A DNA stretch of 62,951 bases, the filler included, from Octopus bimaculoides (Eukaryota): the NCBI RefSeq assembly GCF_001194135.2. It is 4 parts of 4 records of this genome, joined end to end, with 100 filler letters (N's around TTAATTAATTAA, not from the genome) between each part and the next. Parts side by side here need not be neighbours in the genome. Positions count along the whole stretch, not along the records: positions 23,011 to 42,709 come from NC_068984.1; 3 more parts are not named here. One strand, 5' to 3'. Shown piece after piece: positions 27,214 through 40,914 of this stretch (positions are counted from its first letter, which is position 1; every line of letters begins with the position of its first letter). The translations under genes and the position numbers were made by a program. A model generated the notes under the pieces. The model made no database searches and had not been told where the DNA came from. It saw only the letters and a list, made by a program, of their open reading frames with translations.

Positions 27214-29020
27214 TTTCATATACATACGTATTACGAAAATATATATGTGTTACACATGTGTGCGTATTTTGGAAAACATATGTATATGTCTGTGTGTGCA
27301 TGCGTGCGTGTGTGTGTGTTCATGTGTGTGTGTGTGTGTACGTCTGAGTTCCTACCTGTGTATAAACGTGAGCGCCTGCTCCGGTGTGTGTATGGCTTTT
27401 ACAGAGCACATTGATCTAAGATTCAGTTAACTAATTTAATATTAAATCGATTCTACTCTTATTAAGATATGTGAACAAATATTACACATAAGCACACATA
27501 CACATGCATGCACGTAAGCACACGCCCGCACGCACGTACGTACAAACACACACACAAAACACTCTGAGGCATATATGCATATACGTACATATATGCATGT
27601 ATTTATATATGAAGATATATATATCTATATGTATATCCTTAGCATCATTGTTATTAAGACTGGATGATAATAGAACAGAAATATCACTGGATCTTATAGA
27701 CGTGTATGAGAATACGGGGTACTTTGCAAATTTTGCTAGAAAATTGAGGATGTTTTCATTTTGATGCATCATATGTCGCCTACAAATGCGCTCGCAGATG
27801 TATTTCTTTGTTTAACTTTGCTACACGATACTCTTATCAGATGTATAAGAGTAGTATCCTTCTCATAGTGGCGGGCCGTCATATGTAACTGGGGAAAAGT
27901 GGTACCTTAAGACCGGTAATATTGCTTTTAGGATAGAAAATGTAAATCACTTCATAATGAAATTGAGAAGAAAATGAGATGATAAGTGTGGTGTCGACGC
28001 TCCCAGACAATGAAGTAGGCTAGCCCAATACGTAGATATAGAAGGAGAAGTCTGGACGTCGAAGTAGTTGAGTAGGTGAGTAGAGGTCATCCGAAAGTGC
28101 GATATAACACTAAGAATAGTTGTATTTTGTTATTAATCTTTAATTACGCCGAGTAAACATCTGCTGGTTTAACACTAGCAGTAACAATAGAAAGCAAGTA
28201 ACAAGTATATCAACACAAACGCAAACGGGGCAGCGGTCTCGAGGTACCTGATATATAATGTAAATTCCTTATGGAGTGATAAAAATGCACACTTTTACAA
28301 CTTCATGTATAAAACATCAATTTATCTATCAGAGAAAATGGAAAATTAGGGAAACAAAATATGAATGACGAATTCGACAGGTTAATTAATACTGACGGAC
28401 CATTGAATCGACTAATAAATTAGTGATAAAAAGTTAAGTCACTCGAGAAAATCAAGGCGGAATTTAGCCAAACGGGATGAGATTACAAAGGGACAAGTAG
28501 ATTCTAAATGACTACCGATGTGGCCAATGCAAATACGATATTTTATTTTACTTGTTTTAGTCATAAGATAGAGATAGAAATGGAAATAAAATTAAAAAGA
28601 AAATCTTCGATATTTCGGTAATCAATACAAAAAGTTCACACAAACAGGAAATGGAAACCGGAAAACTGATATATTGAGAAACAAGCTACCGAGTAAAAAA
28701 AATATGATAACCAATTGACATTGAATTGGTAAACCCAAATCGACGCAGCAATAAATACATTAAGTATGTTAAAATTACTTCATTAGGAGCCAACCCATCA
28801 AAACGATAGCTATAGATATAATGATGAACCAGATAGAAAATATATAAAGCAAACTAAAAAATACAAAAATACGACAGTTTCTAAAGTATGATTACGGTGG
28901 CGTGAAACCCTCGTCTCGAAAATATACAAAACAAAACACCCAATAAGTTTAAATAAATAGTATACGTTATACCACTACCTCCTTTTTCTCTATGTGTTTA
29001 TATGATTATATGTATATGTA

Positions 29021-29230
29021 AGGCGTCGGGCTGGTAGAATCGTTAGCACGCTGGGCAAAATACTTGGCGGCATTTCGTCCGTTTTTACAGTCTGAGTTCA
29101 AATTCCGCCGAGGTAGAGTTTACCATTCATCCTTCCGGGGCCAATAAGATAAGTATCAGTTGAACACTGGGGCCGATATAATCGACTTAATCGCGTCCCC
29201 GAAATTTCTGACACCGTTCCAAAATTTGGG
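29021..29230 (+). mobile_element. SINE family A copy
   Basis: aggcgtcgggctggtagaatcgttagcacgctggg..ctgagttcaaattccgccgagg.. Confidence 0.85.
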
Positions 29231-30548
29231 ATCAACATGTCTATATGTATACACACACAAACACACAAATACACACACACGTTTTGAGCCTACGATTTCA
29301 ACAGAAAGGAACACGATGAAATAAACAGAGAGAGAGAATAAAAAGATCTTGTGAATTTAGCTGTCAATCGTGACGACTAGTTGGAAAAAGTTAGTTCGAC
29401 AGGAGAGCTAGGAAGAAGGGGAGATAATAAAGTACTGGTGATCCCAAAAATATATATAGAAAAATTTAAATAATCAGAAAATGGAAAAAACGTTAGATCA
29501 AAAAACAAATTAATTAAACCACATCTGTAGATTATTTTTCTATACAAAATATGACATAAAATTTATGTGACATAGAAATGCCTTATTGACGAGTTCCATT
29601 TGATCATTTCCCTGAAGAGAAGATTACGTTGTTTTACACAATTTTATTCCTTTAGAATAATACCTGTGATATCTTCGAAACATGTGTCGGAAGTAAAAGA
29701 ATTTGATTAACACCTTTGTTTAATTTCATTTATATATATATATACATATATATACACCAAGACATCGCGCGCGCGTACACATACATAGATTTAAATAGTG
29801 TCTTGTTATATAAACAAATTTCATAATTAATGTAAAATGTTAAAATGTTTGTTTTTTTCGCTTCCACTAATTTAATAACAAGAAAGCAAATGCTACCTTC
29901 AGTGTTGAAGCGACATTGAATGAATAGCACACAATCAGTAGTTTAATAGTTTGTTCAATGCCCGTTGTACAGGATTCATGACACGTTTACAAAGCAATTG
30001 GGAGGGAAAAGGAAAACAAAGGAATCGAATCTATATTCATCGAAATCCTGTATCAGAGTGAACATCGCCAAGGACAAACAGTTGACAGATGAAACCTATC
30101 TCCCGAAAATACATACAGTCCAACAGAAATTTGCACAGTTATCGCCTGCTTAGCGTCATTCACATGCTTAAAGAGACCTTGGCCTGTAGTGAAAATCATT
30201 TAAACAGCTTGTCAAGGCACCACAAGGCTGCAATTCCAACTTCATACCGTTACTACTGTGTTCCGCTGAAGTCATTCACTTTTAAAACAACCAACGTTTA
30301 GCATTAACTCTCTCCGACACTGCTTTCTGAATCATAATGCCGAGAACATGTGGTATATGTAAGCAGCAATGAATATAGATGGTTATAGGCTGCAATGATA
30401 CATGCATAGATGCTATGAGTTGGAGTCTAATTTGCTCATATAGGCTGCATCCGTATAAATGAATTTAGAATTATTCATTTAAATTCTGGTAGGCCAACAT
30501 TTGATTATAATATACGTTCAGATCTGATACACCTACACATATACAAAG

Positions 30549-30588
<40 letters not shown>

Positions 30589-30922
30589 CGTAGATAGTAA
30601 ATACGTTCATATATAAATATATATTTATAAAGTAGTTGTACACTGCCAACTTAACGTGACAGTCCCAATAAGGGAATATACTACTGCTATTTAGCCCTAG
30701 GAAGCTGGGCCGCTTCCTGTCGGCCTTGACACATTTCCTGTGTCCTTATCTTTGCGAGGGAAAGACAAACTCCTCCACCCAGCCTAGCCGGCATTCAGGG
30801 ACATGTTTCTGAGTCTTTGCTCGTATATATTTATAAATATGTTCATATATAAATATATATTATATCTCTGTATATACATATACACATACGTATACAAGCA
30901 AATATATATATGTATATATGTC

Positions 30923-30983
<61 letters not shown>

Positions 30984-31639
30984 ATATGTATGTGTGTGTG
31001 TATATATATGTATATATACATATCTCCCTCTCTCTCTCCATCTTTCTATATCTCTCTCTCTCTCCATCTCTCTCTCTCTTGATATATATATATATATATA
31101 TATATATCTTTATACACACGCACACACACACACACACACACATATATATACGTATATATATTGTTTGATTAATTGTCGTTTGTCGCAAAATATACTTTAT
31201 TTTGCGCATGCGCTCCATAGGCTACCTGTAGTTTCGTTATGTATTTCCTATTTGGATCAGTTAATTATTGGAATTTATACTTTACTAGTTACACTGAAAA
31301 AGTGAAAAACGTATAGTCTAGTAGACGAAGGTTCCTTTGGGTTGCGTTTAGGCAACAAATGCGGAGGCAAATGCAGTGAATTAAACTTGAATTTTCGTTG
31401 CAAATAAATGATGCGGGAGGGGGGGCGGTTTAGTTGAGGGTGAAATTCGAATGGGAGCGAACAAGCATATACGGAGTTGCAGTCTCAATATGTTATTAGC
31501 CGGAATGTTCGAATGATATTAAATACTTGAAATGATAGTGCGTTGATCAATTATCCAGTTATCATATACTTCGATATGTTGCAACATATTGAAACAGTTT
31601 CTTATAAAAAAAAGAAAATAATAATAATAACCGGGCATT

Positions 31640-31895
31640 CAAAGGGGAGCAATTTTAGCGGGAGTAATTCAGTCGATTATATCCATTCCAGATTTTGGCT
31701 GGAACATTATTTTGTCGACCCAAAATGATAAAAGGGAAAGATGACCCCAGTGTGGTTTGAATTCCAAACATACACCCGGAAGAAATGCGGCTAAGATTTT
31801 TGTCCGGCACGCTAACAATTCTGTCCAATCGCGGACTTAAAATGACGATAAATAATCTTTTCTACTAATCGTGGAAGGCCTGAAATTTTGTGGGA
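31640..31895 (-). mobile_element. SINE family A: degenerate copy plus the 3' tail of a second copy (dimer junction)
   Basis: Reverse-complement head at about 31800-31835 joined to a 3' tail (agtagaaaagatt..caggcc). Confidence 0.7.
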
Positions 31896-32446
31896 GCGAA
31901 CCAATGCGAACAAGCATACAGAGAGTTGCAGTCTCAATGTGTTATTAACCGGAGTGTTCGAATGATATTAGATAATTGAAATCATAGTGCATTGATCAAT
32001 TATTCAGTTATCATATACCGCGAGGGTTGATTCAGCACTTGTTTTGTCGCTGAGAACTTCGTTGTTGGATCAACTGAATTCATTCTCACGAATTTAATGC
32101 CCAAGTGACTTAGAATTGTATAGACACATTGATCTTTAACGCAAACGACTCTCCTTGGAATGCTCCTGATATTGTGAGATAGACGGACCTTTGGATTGCA
32201 GTTAATCCAAATTGTGAAAAAGAAGCATGAAACACACTACCAGATTAGTAGTTTCCTTTATCGACTCTCACGGATACAAATGTAAAGATGACCTTTTTGG
32301 GATTTGAAATTAGTCGGAACTAATAAGGGGATGTAATATTTGCGACTTTATGTAAGGGTTCTGAAGCTGATATTTTCATTGATACATGCACAACATCAAA
32401 CACTCATACGTTCCCATCCATTCACTAACAGAAACACAGCATGTAA

Positions 32447-32760
32447 AGGCAGCGAACTGACAGAAGGCGGCGAACTGACAGAAGGCGGCGAACTGACAGA
32501 AGGCGGCGAACTGACAGAAGGCGGCGAACATGGCGGCTAACTGGTAGAAACGTTAGCACGCCGGGCGAAATGCTTAGTGGTATTTCGTCTGTCATTACGT
32601 TCTGAGTTCAAATTCCGCTGAGGTTGACTTTACTTTTCATCCTTTTGGGGTCAATAAATTAAGTACCAGTTAGGCACTGGGTCGATGCAATCTACGTAAT
32701 CCCTTTGTCTGTCCTTGTTTGTCCCCTCTAAGTTTAGCCTCTTGTGGACAATAAAGAAAT
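32447..32760 (+). mobile_element. SINE family A copy preceded by 4.5 tandem copies of its first 18 nt
   Basis: aggcggcgaactgacaga x4 plus a partial copy (32447-32529), then a normal head ggcggctaactggtagaaacgttagcacgccgggcg. Confidence 0.9.
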
Positions 32761-32779
32761 GAGAAACACAGCATGCAAA

Positions 32780-33640
32780 AATTCCAAACAAATGTACACA
32801 AATGGACGGGGAAAAAGGCAAATATAAAATGAAGGCTACTTGTGAACAGAAGCTTGGAAGGAGGAGAACTCTGATGGTGAGCAGAGGAAGGATGCCAAAT
32901 AAGGATAGAGATCAAAGGAATTTAAGGTGGATAGACATGAAACGTACAAGCAAGGAAGAACTTCCCAAATTGAAAATTGGCGCTTCTACTCGTGATGCTG
33001 GATGTTCCCAACTCCTAGATTGTCTGAATCCAGGTGAGTTGCAATAAAGGGTACGGGATTGAGCTGATGATGAGTGATGATTTACGGACATGGGGAGCTG
33101 TTCACAAAAGTGCTTACATGATTCTTCGGCCTACAACCCTATGTAGGATACGTTGAAGAGCGCGCATAAGATAGGAAGATTTACATTGGAAAGAGGGGGT
33201 CATGATGAGTTGCTGTGCAGTGTTTGAGCTTTGCTCTCCATGGTATGCACAATGCCCTCAATATCCTCTGATTTTGCTGCTCACCCACTTTCCCATCTGG
33301 GTTCCCCTCTCCTCTACCATCTTCATCGATTACTTGATTTCCTTTTTATTTCTGTGTACGCCCTTTTACAAGCCTTCGACCCTCAACACGCTCAAATTGT
33401 CGATTTTGCTGTAAACCTGTTCATGACTGTGCCTGTACAACCAAGGTATGTGATCATGTGGGTGCCTATACGATAAGATATATGAGTGTGTGGGTGCCTG
33501 TACTGCTGTACGTGTATGTTCTATAAAGTGTATGACTGTAAGTGTCCATGTGCTTGCTAGTACGACTTTGTTCGATACATTTTTCGGTGTGCTAAACAGA
33601 CCAACCAATCCATATACTGCTAATTCTATTTTACAAGATT
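32780..33640. mobile_element. Highly decayed LINE-like (RTE-like?) fragments
   Basis: Purine-rich segments with a remnant LMVSRGR..RWID motif resembling RTE C-termini. Many stops. Confidence 0.25.
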
Positions 33641-35734
33641 CTGACCGACATTCAATTGTTGTTTTCCTTCTTATGTTTTGTCTTCCACTTTTTCACTCCT
33701 CTCACCTCGCATTTCTGTATGTCATTTCATATCAGCTCTCACTCTGTCCATCTGTCTGTCTTTCTTTCTGTCTGTCTTTCTGTCTGTCTTTCTGTCTGTA
33801 TCTCTGTCTTTCTCTCTTTCTGTCTCTCTGTCTGTCTCAATCTCTGTCTCTGTCTCTTTCTCTTTCTCCCATCCCACTCTCCTACAGTTGCGACACATCC
33901 ATATTTATCACTGTCAATATCTTTCTCTATTCATTTCTTGCCCACAGCTAGCTCGTCTCCTTCATCTTGTATTTTTTTATTTTAAACAGCAAATGTTCTA
34001 TTCCCCACTATAATCGAATTGAGAGTTATTTCACAAAATCCACATCGGATTAATCCTTGTCGATGAAGTTCGTCACCGCCTTCATAGCATAACAGAAACT
34101 GTATATACTTAATCGGTTATGGTAGGATTTCTTGAAACTGTGCTACAGTGCGGATGTCTCTGTCATGGGATAAACACAGCAACATAGAAATATGAATGAC
34201 AATATAGAAACCAAACAAAAAACATTATTTAATAAGAAATTACAAACTTCGTGAGACGTAAAATAAATTGTTTTTAACGGTAGAATCCGAGGAAGATAAA
34301 AGCCTGGCAGTCTTCAACTTTTTCCTTTTAAAGCCTTGTTAACCCAATATTTATATGCTATCATCTATAGCTTCATGTACCTTGATTTACACCGATAAAC
34401 AAAAGAATTATTTCACAACATTTAATTTAATATCTGGGCAAATAATGTAATATTTACGTGGTGACTCGACTATCAAAAATAAACTTCCTATCAAGAACAC
34501 GTCTTGTTTGGAAAAAAAAGAAAAAAAAGCCTAATATAGGCCAAGAAACAAGTACAGTTGGTCATATTTGACCGCTTTTTAACATTGGTTTGCTTGATTT
34601 GGTTCGAGTTGCGCCAAATCGGTAATAGCCTCAATCGATTAAGTTTTGTTTCTGAAATGCAGTGAAAGATATTCATCTATTTATACCTTGCTAAATGCAC
34701 TAGTGATAACTATAGAATACTATCGGTTACGAAATACGAACTGTCAAAATTACAGATTTTTGTTTTCCTGTCATTGTATTGACATATCCTACATACATGT
34801 GCAACGAACATTAAAAGCTGTAAACCAGAGAATAGTACTACAATTGAATATCAATTACTCCCGGAATTAAAGTATCAATGACTTAATAGTATAATTTTAG
34901 ACTAACTAAACACGATATCTTTCCTAGCTAATTTACTTTCGAATCGGCTGTTACTTTTAGAGAGTAAATTTTCAAATTAAAAATCTGTCGTTCATGAAAG
35001 CCAACTTGCAATAATTTTTCTTTCCATTAAAATAGCTTTGGTGTCTCATACAAAACATTTACACAGAAAATTAGAATAATTACCCACTTTATGAGTCAAT
35101 GATAATTAGAGAATAATTTTTACCTTTTATTCTTTAGAATTTATACAATATATGTTGGGTTTCTATATTTGTTAGGGAGCTAAGGACAGGATATACAAAC
35201 GAAGATACAGAGGCAGAAGTCCAAGAACAATGGATTATATTAGTTTTCTAAATTTACTCCACTCGCTGAACACATTATTGGTGTCTGTAATTATATTGAT
35301 TTATTGGATGGTTATTGTTAAAAATAAATAATCGATTCATTCCCACCTGTCCGTCTGCAAAATGTTTTCATTAATCTGATTTAATGTCTTCCTATAAAGA
35401 TTTTTTTTGCGGTACAGTAAATAGATATAGAAGAACAGTAAATCACTGTGGGATAAACCGACATTATAAATATATTTATATTTATTTATTAAGAAAAAAA
35501 AGAGCGAAATAACTGTTATAGTAATATATTATCGATTGCTTAAGATCGCTGGATTGTCAGAATTATTAGAGTACTATTTAGGAAGGTCTCATTACATTCA
35601 AAGTTCAAATCTCTCCGATTAATATTGTATCTCATAGCTCTGAGTTTGATAAAATAGAATGCTAGTCAAGTATTGAGGTCGAGTGACAGATAAACACTTT
35701 CAATGAAATATATAACAACATTGTAATAGAATTA

Positions 35735-36049
35735 AGGCGGCGAGCTGGCAGAAACGTTAGTATGCCGGGCGAAATGCTTAGCGGTTGACTTTCCTTTCAT
35801 TCTTTCGGGGTCGATAGATTAAGTACCAGTTGCGTACGTGGGTCGATCTAATCAACTGCCCCCTCCCCCAAAAAAAAAATTCCGGACCTTGTGCCTAGAG
35901 TAGAAAAGAATATTAAGGCGGTGAGCTGGCAGAAAAGTTTGTGCTCCGGGCAAAATGCTTAGCGGTATTTCGTCTGTCTTTACGTTCTGAGTTCAAATTC
36001 CGCCGAAGTCGACTTTGCCTATCATCCATTCGGGGTCGATAGATTAAGT
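35735..36049 (+). mobile_element. Two tandem SINE family A copies (first internally deleted, second runs into a gap)
   Basis: Heads at 35735 and about 35915. The first ends ..gtgcctagagtagaaaagaatatt. Confidence 0.85.
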
Positions 36050-36814
36050 NNNNNNNNNNNNNNNNNNNNNNNNNNNNNNNNNNNNNNNNNNNNNNNNNNN
36101 NNNNNNNNNNNNNNNNNNNNNNNNNNNNNNNNNNNNNNNNNNNNNNNNNNNNNNNNNNNNNNNNNNNNNNNNNNNNNNNNNNNNNNNNNNNNNNNNNNNN
36201 NNNNNNNNNNNNNNNNNNNNNNNNNNNNNNNNNNNNNNNNNNNNNNNNNNNNNNNNNNNNNNNNNNNNNNNNNNNNNNNNNNNNNNNNNNNNNNNNNNNN
36301 NNNNNNNNNNNNNNNNNNNNNNNNNNNNNNNNNNNNNNNNNNNNNNNNNNNNNNNNNNNNNNNNNNNNNNNNNNNNNNNNNNNNNNNNNNNNNNNNNNNN
36401 NNNNNNNNNNNNNNNNNNNNNNNNNNNNNNNNNNNNNNNNNNNNNNNNNNNNNNNNNNNNNNNNNNNNNNNNNNNNNNNNNNNNNNNNNNNNNNNNNNNN
36501 NNNNNNNNNNNNNNNNNNNNNNNNNNNNNNNNNNNNNNNNNNNNNNNNNNNNNNNNNNNNNNNNNNNNNNNNNNNNNNNNNNNNNNNNNNNNNNNNNNNN
36601 NNNNNNNNNNNNNNNNNNNNNNNNNNNNNNNNNNNNNNNNNNNNNNNNNNNNNNNNNNNNNNNNNNNNNNNNNNNNNNNNNNNNNNNNNNNNNNNNNNNN
36701 NNNNNNNNNNNNNNNNNNNNNNNNNNNNNNNNNNNNNNNNNNNNNNNNNNNNNNNNNNNNNNNNNNNNNNNNNNNNNNNNNNNNNNNNNNNNNNNNNNNN
36801 NNNNNNNNNNNNNN

Positions 36815-37070
36815 GCTAAATATTTTGACCGGCACGCTAACGATTCTGTCCAATCGCGGACTTAAAATGACGATAAATAATCTTTTCTACTATAGGCACA
36901 AGGCCCGAAATTTTGGAGGAGGGAGGCAGTCGATTAGATCGATCCCAGTACAAAACAGGAATGAAAGACAAAGTCGACCTCGGCAGAATTTGAACTCAGA
37001 ACGCAACGGCAGACGAAATACCGTTTAGCATTTCGCCGTCGTTCTAACGCTGCTGCCAGCTCGCCGCCTT
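36815..37070 (-). mobile_element. SINE family A dimer (full copy plus head of a second)
   Basis: Reverse-complement heads at about 37040-37070 and about 36823-36865. Confidence 0.8.
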
Positions 37071-37734
37071 AAAATGATTGTAAATAATGCGAACGCTTTC
37101 CTTTTTTATATTTTAGCGAACCAAAGGATCGTACTCATTTTATAAGTTTCATATTTTTTGCCGAGTGATTTTCTGCCTCCCCATTCCAGATTTGATAAAA
37201 TTGTCATGCTGAAACTTTGAAAATTGCACTTAAACGTTTCCTACATTTCAAAATAGAAATATCAACACCAGTATGGTTCAATCTATTACAGGAGATAACT
37301 TCTCACCTAACTGTTAAACAATTACCCGCTTGTGTACACAAATATGAATTTGTATTCCAATTTATTCACGAGTGAATGAGTTAGTACGTGCCTATGTGAG
37401 TAAAGATATTAGAAAAGAGAGACAGAAAAGGGAGAGAGTGTGAAAAAAAAACTGAAAAAAAAAATAAGGCGAAAAGAAGTTTTTCCATTTACGATATTAA
37501 AATTTCTAAATAAAATAAACTTTAAAAAGCAAAAAGTTCCTTTGCGTCTCTGCCACTCTGGGTACAAACTGACTGTTTTATGCGTACAAATTTTGATTTG
37601 ATTCCCAAAGTAATTGAAAATCAATAACATAATTTATTCGGTCATATTGTATCTAAGACTAAATTATCCAATATTTCCTTCCATTTCAAAGAAAGGTACA
37701 CTATGTTTAGCTGAAATTTTACTGTTATTTTCAG

Positions 37735-37817
37735 CAGGTCAAAGAGAACCGTCAAACGTCGAAGAAATTGTGGAGAGTGTTGAGTTTGTACTGCGAAGAA
37801 ATGTAATAATTATTTAA
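37735..37817 (+). CDS. Orphan candidate exon (possibly terminal), product unknown
   Basis: Polypyrimidine tract with a NAGNAG acceptor (ttttactgttattttcag|cag|). Reads GQREPSNVEEIVESVEFVLRRNVIII* (phase 1) or QVKENRQTSKKLWRVLSLYCEEM* (phase 0). Confidence 0.25.
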
Positions 37818-38263
37818 ATTTACAAAATCATAGAATAACTATAATATATTTCCCCATTTAACCGTCGACAGTAGCGATTTATTATTTATTTATATGACCA
37901 TTTCTATATATCTTAAGTGTTAAATTTATCTCGATGTCTGTTCTGCACCCATTATAATGAGCTGATCAGTATTTTATAGAATTTTGTCGTCGAATTTTGT
38001 ATTTTACTTTAGTTGAAATATATCTGATTTTATTCTAAATAATGGAATAAATACGATTCATTTTATAGCAGAATTCGACTTCTTCGACATTCATTTCTTT
38101 ATTTATGTCACATTTCGTTGAAAGGAACCTTCTACTAAATATGTCAGTCGATTTTTCTCTTTTCTAACGAATTTCTCCATTTTTATTGTGAAAACGTATA
38201 TTACATTATATTTACATCAATCGTTTTCAACAAATCTTTTACCATGTCAACCACATATACACA

Positions 38264-38358
<95 letters not shown>

Positions 38359-39244
38359 TAAATACATGTATATAAATGTGTGTGTTTACGTGTGTGTATT
38401 CATAAATATCTATCATAGTATACCTAGCTACTAACTCTCGAAAATATACATATACGTAGACACGCTCACGCATACCACGATTGTATATGTGTGTGTGTTT
38501 GGATAAAGTGAATGTGAAGTGCAGTGATAAACAGAGCCACATGGACGTACCTATATTCTTTGAAACCTATTTATTGATTTTTGTGTCTGTAGCGTCTACC
38601 TAACACTAATTCTTTCAATTTTCGCCAACCTCGCGTTCTACTTTTCTTTTTTTTTAATTGTTTTGTCATTCTAATTATTGTACATATACCCATGCTAGGT
38701 TTACAGGAATTGGTTCTCTGGTATTTGTTAACCTCACTCTATACATCATCAGATTTAAGTGCTTTTGATAGACGAAGATATTTATTCTCATCAGTCATTG
38801 TTTGTTTGCAAGTCAAAAGCTAATGAGATTAGCCTGTGTTTGAGACCATCCGATGACGTTTTTTCTAAATCTATGTGACAGAATACTCAAAATGCTTATA
38901 CACAACACATTTGTTTGTTTCATATTAACGCTACTGAAAGAACTTCAAAATGAACATGTTATGTAGCTCTCAGATACTACGAGGAATAAACACCGTAGGT
39001 AAACAAATAATACTTCTGTTCTGTTTAATTTTGGAATATTTCAGAGGTTTTAGACAATTTAATCTTAAACTACTGTAATGATTATTAATGGTAGTCGATT
39101 GAAATGTTTGCTACAATAATGAATATCCATCCCTCTATCCATTTTGGCCAACCACTGTTTCTGGGAGGAACATAGGAGAAAGTCCTAAGGCACCTCCTCC
39201 ACATATTCCTATAAAAACCAGCAGACAGATATTATACTTTCCTT

Positions 39245-40110
39245 CTAGATTCCAAAGTATAACCAACTGACACAAGGTCTTCTAGCATCCACGCTCTTGA
39301 CCCAAAGCAGCACTACCTCCTCAGGGCATTTGATGTAGGCCTCCGTGTTGAATTTGAGGCCGTGTCGGTAGATGAATATAAGCACAACGTCTTCATCACT
39401 AGTCATCACCCCAAACACCATGGTGTTGACTGGTTGCTTGGCTTTTATAACCCTCGGTATTTGTCTCGAGGACAGGGCAAGCCAACGGTTGTTTCGTGTG
39501 GTCACCACCTGGTCTTGCCAGGAATTCTCCTTGTCTAAGAAAAACTAAGGTTGTTCGATTGGACTAGATGCTTGAGATTATTCAAAAGTTTGTGATGCAG
39601 TCTTTCCTCTTGACCTTGATGGCTTGGGCTAAGAATTGGCCTCTCCTCATCTTGTTTGAAGAATACCGAATGTCTTCATGCATTACCTGCCTCATATGGA
39701 ACCCCGACACTCCCAAGTCCATGGCGATGGACCTGATTGATTTGGAGGGGTTGTTGTCAATCATGGCCTGGATCGCAGGAACAAATTCAGGAGTTCTTTT
39801 CTTATCAGAACGATCAGAGTGAGCTTTTCCGAGCCGCCTTACGTTCGTAAACACCGTTAGACTCATCCAATTCTTTCCGAATCCTCTGAAGTGTCTTCAG
39901 ATTGACACTTAAACATTACACCCTGAGATGTTCGTATTGGAGCTTCCAGCGCGAATGCCAAGCAGTACAGCATATCGTTTCCAAACAAATTTCTGGCAGA
40001 GGGAATTGCGTCATGCTGTTTTTCTCATAGACGGTGCTCAACAATACTGTAGACGATAAAATCAAAAACAAACAATGCGCCTGCACGAAATTATAAATAT
40101 AAGATAACTA
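39245..40110 (-). mobile_element. Tc1/mariner superfamily, maT (DD37D)-like transposase remnant, 3'-truncated
   Basis: The minus strand reads MTQFPLPE..RYAVLLGIRAGSSNTNIS..LQRIRKELDESNG, HSDRSDKKRTPEFVPAIQAMIDNNPSKSIRSIAMDLGVS and NNRWLAL..KQPVNTMVFGVMTSDEDV..GLKFNTEAYIKCPEEVVL. The first catalytic D region is present and the later ones are lost. Confidence 0.8.
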
Positions 40111-40177
40111 CCAGTGAAGTCATTCTTTTCCCTATTCAAATACAACTAACTGTAACTACATTTTTTCAGTATATATT

Positions 40178-40208
<31 letters not shown>

Positions 40209-40610
40209 NNNNNNNNNNNNNNNNNNNNNNNNNNNNNNNNNNNNNNNNNNNNNNNNNNNNNNNNNNNNNNNNNNNNNNNNNNNNNNNNNNNNNNNNNNNN
40301 NNNNNNNNNNNNNNNNNNNNNNNNNNNNNNNNNNNNNNNNNNNNNNNNNNNNNNNNNNNNNNNNNNNNNNNNNNNNNNNNNNNNNNNNNNNNNNNNNNNN
40401 NNNNNNNNNNNNNNNNNNNNNNNNNNNNNNNNNNNNNNNNNNNNNNNNNNNNNNNNNNNNNNNNNNNNNNNNNNNNNNNNNNNNNNNNNNNNNNNNNNNN
40501 NNNNNNNNNNNNNNNNNNNNNNNNNNNNNNNNNNNNNNNNNNNNNNNNNNNNNNNNNNNNNNNNNNNNNNNNNNNNNNNNNNNNNNNNNNNNNNNNNNNN
40601 NNNNNNNNNN

Positions 40611-40659
<49 letters not shown>

Positions 40660-40878
40660 GTGTATGTGTTTGCGTGTTTGTGTTTGCCCCTCCAACATCG
40701 CTTGACAACCGATGCTGGTGTGTTTACGTCCCCGTGATCTAGCGGTTCGGCAAAAGAGACCAATAGAATAAGTACTAGACTTCCAAAGAATAAGTCCTGG
40801 GTTCGAGTAGCTCGACTAAAGGCGGTGCTCCAGCATGGCTACACTCAAAAGACTGAAACAAGTAAAATAGTAAAAAGA

Positions 40879-40914
<36 letters not shown>

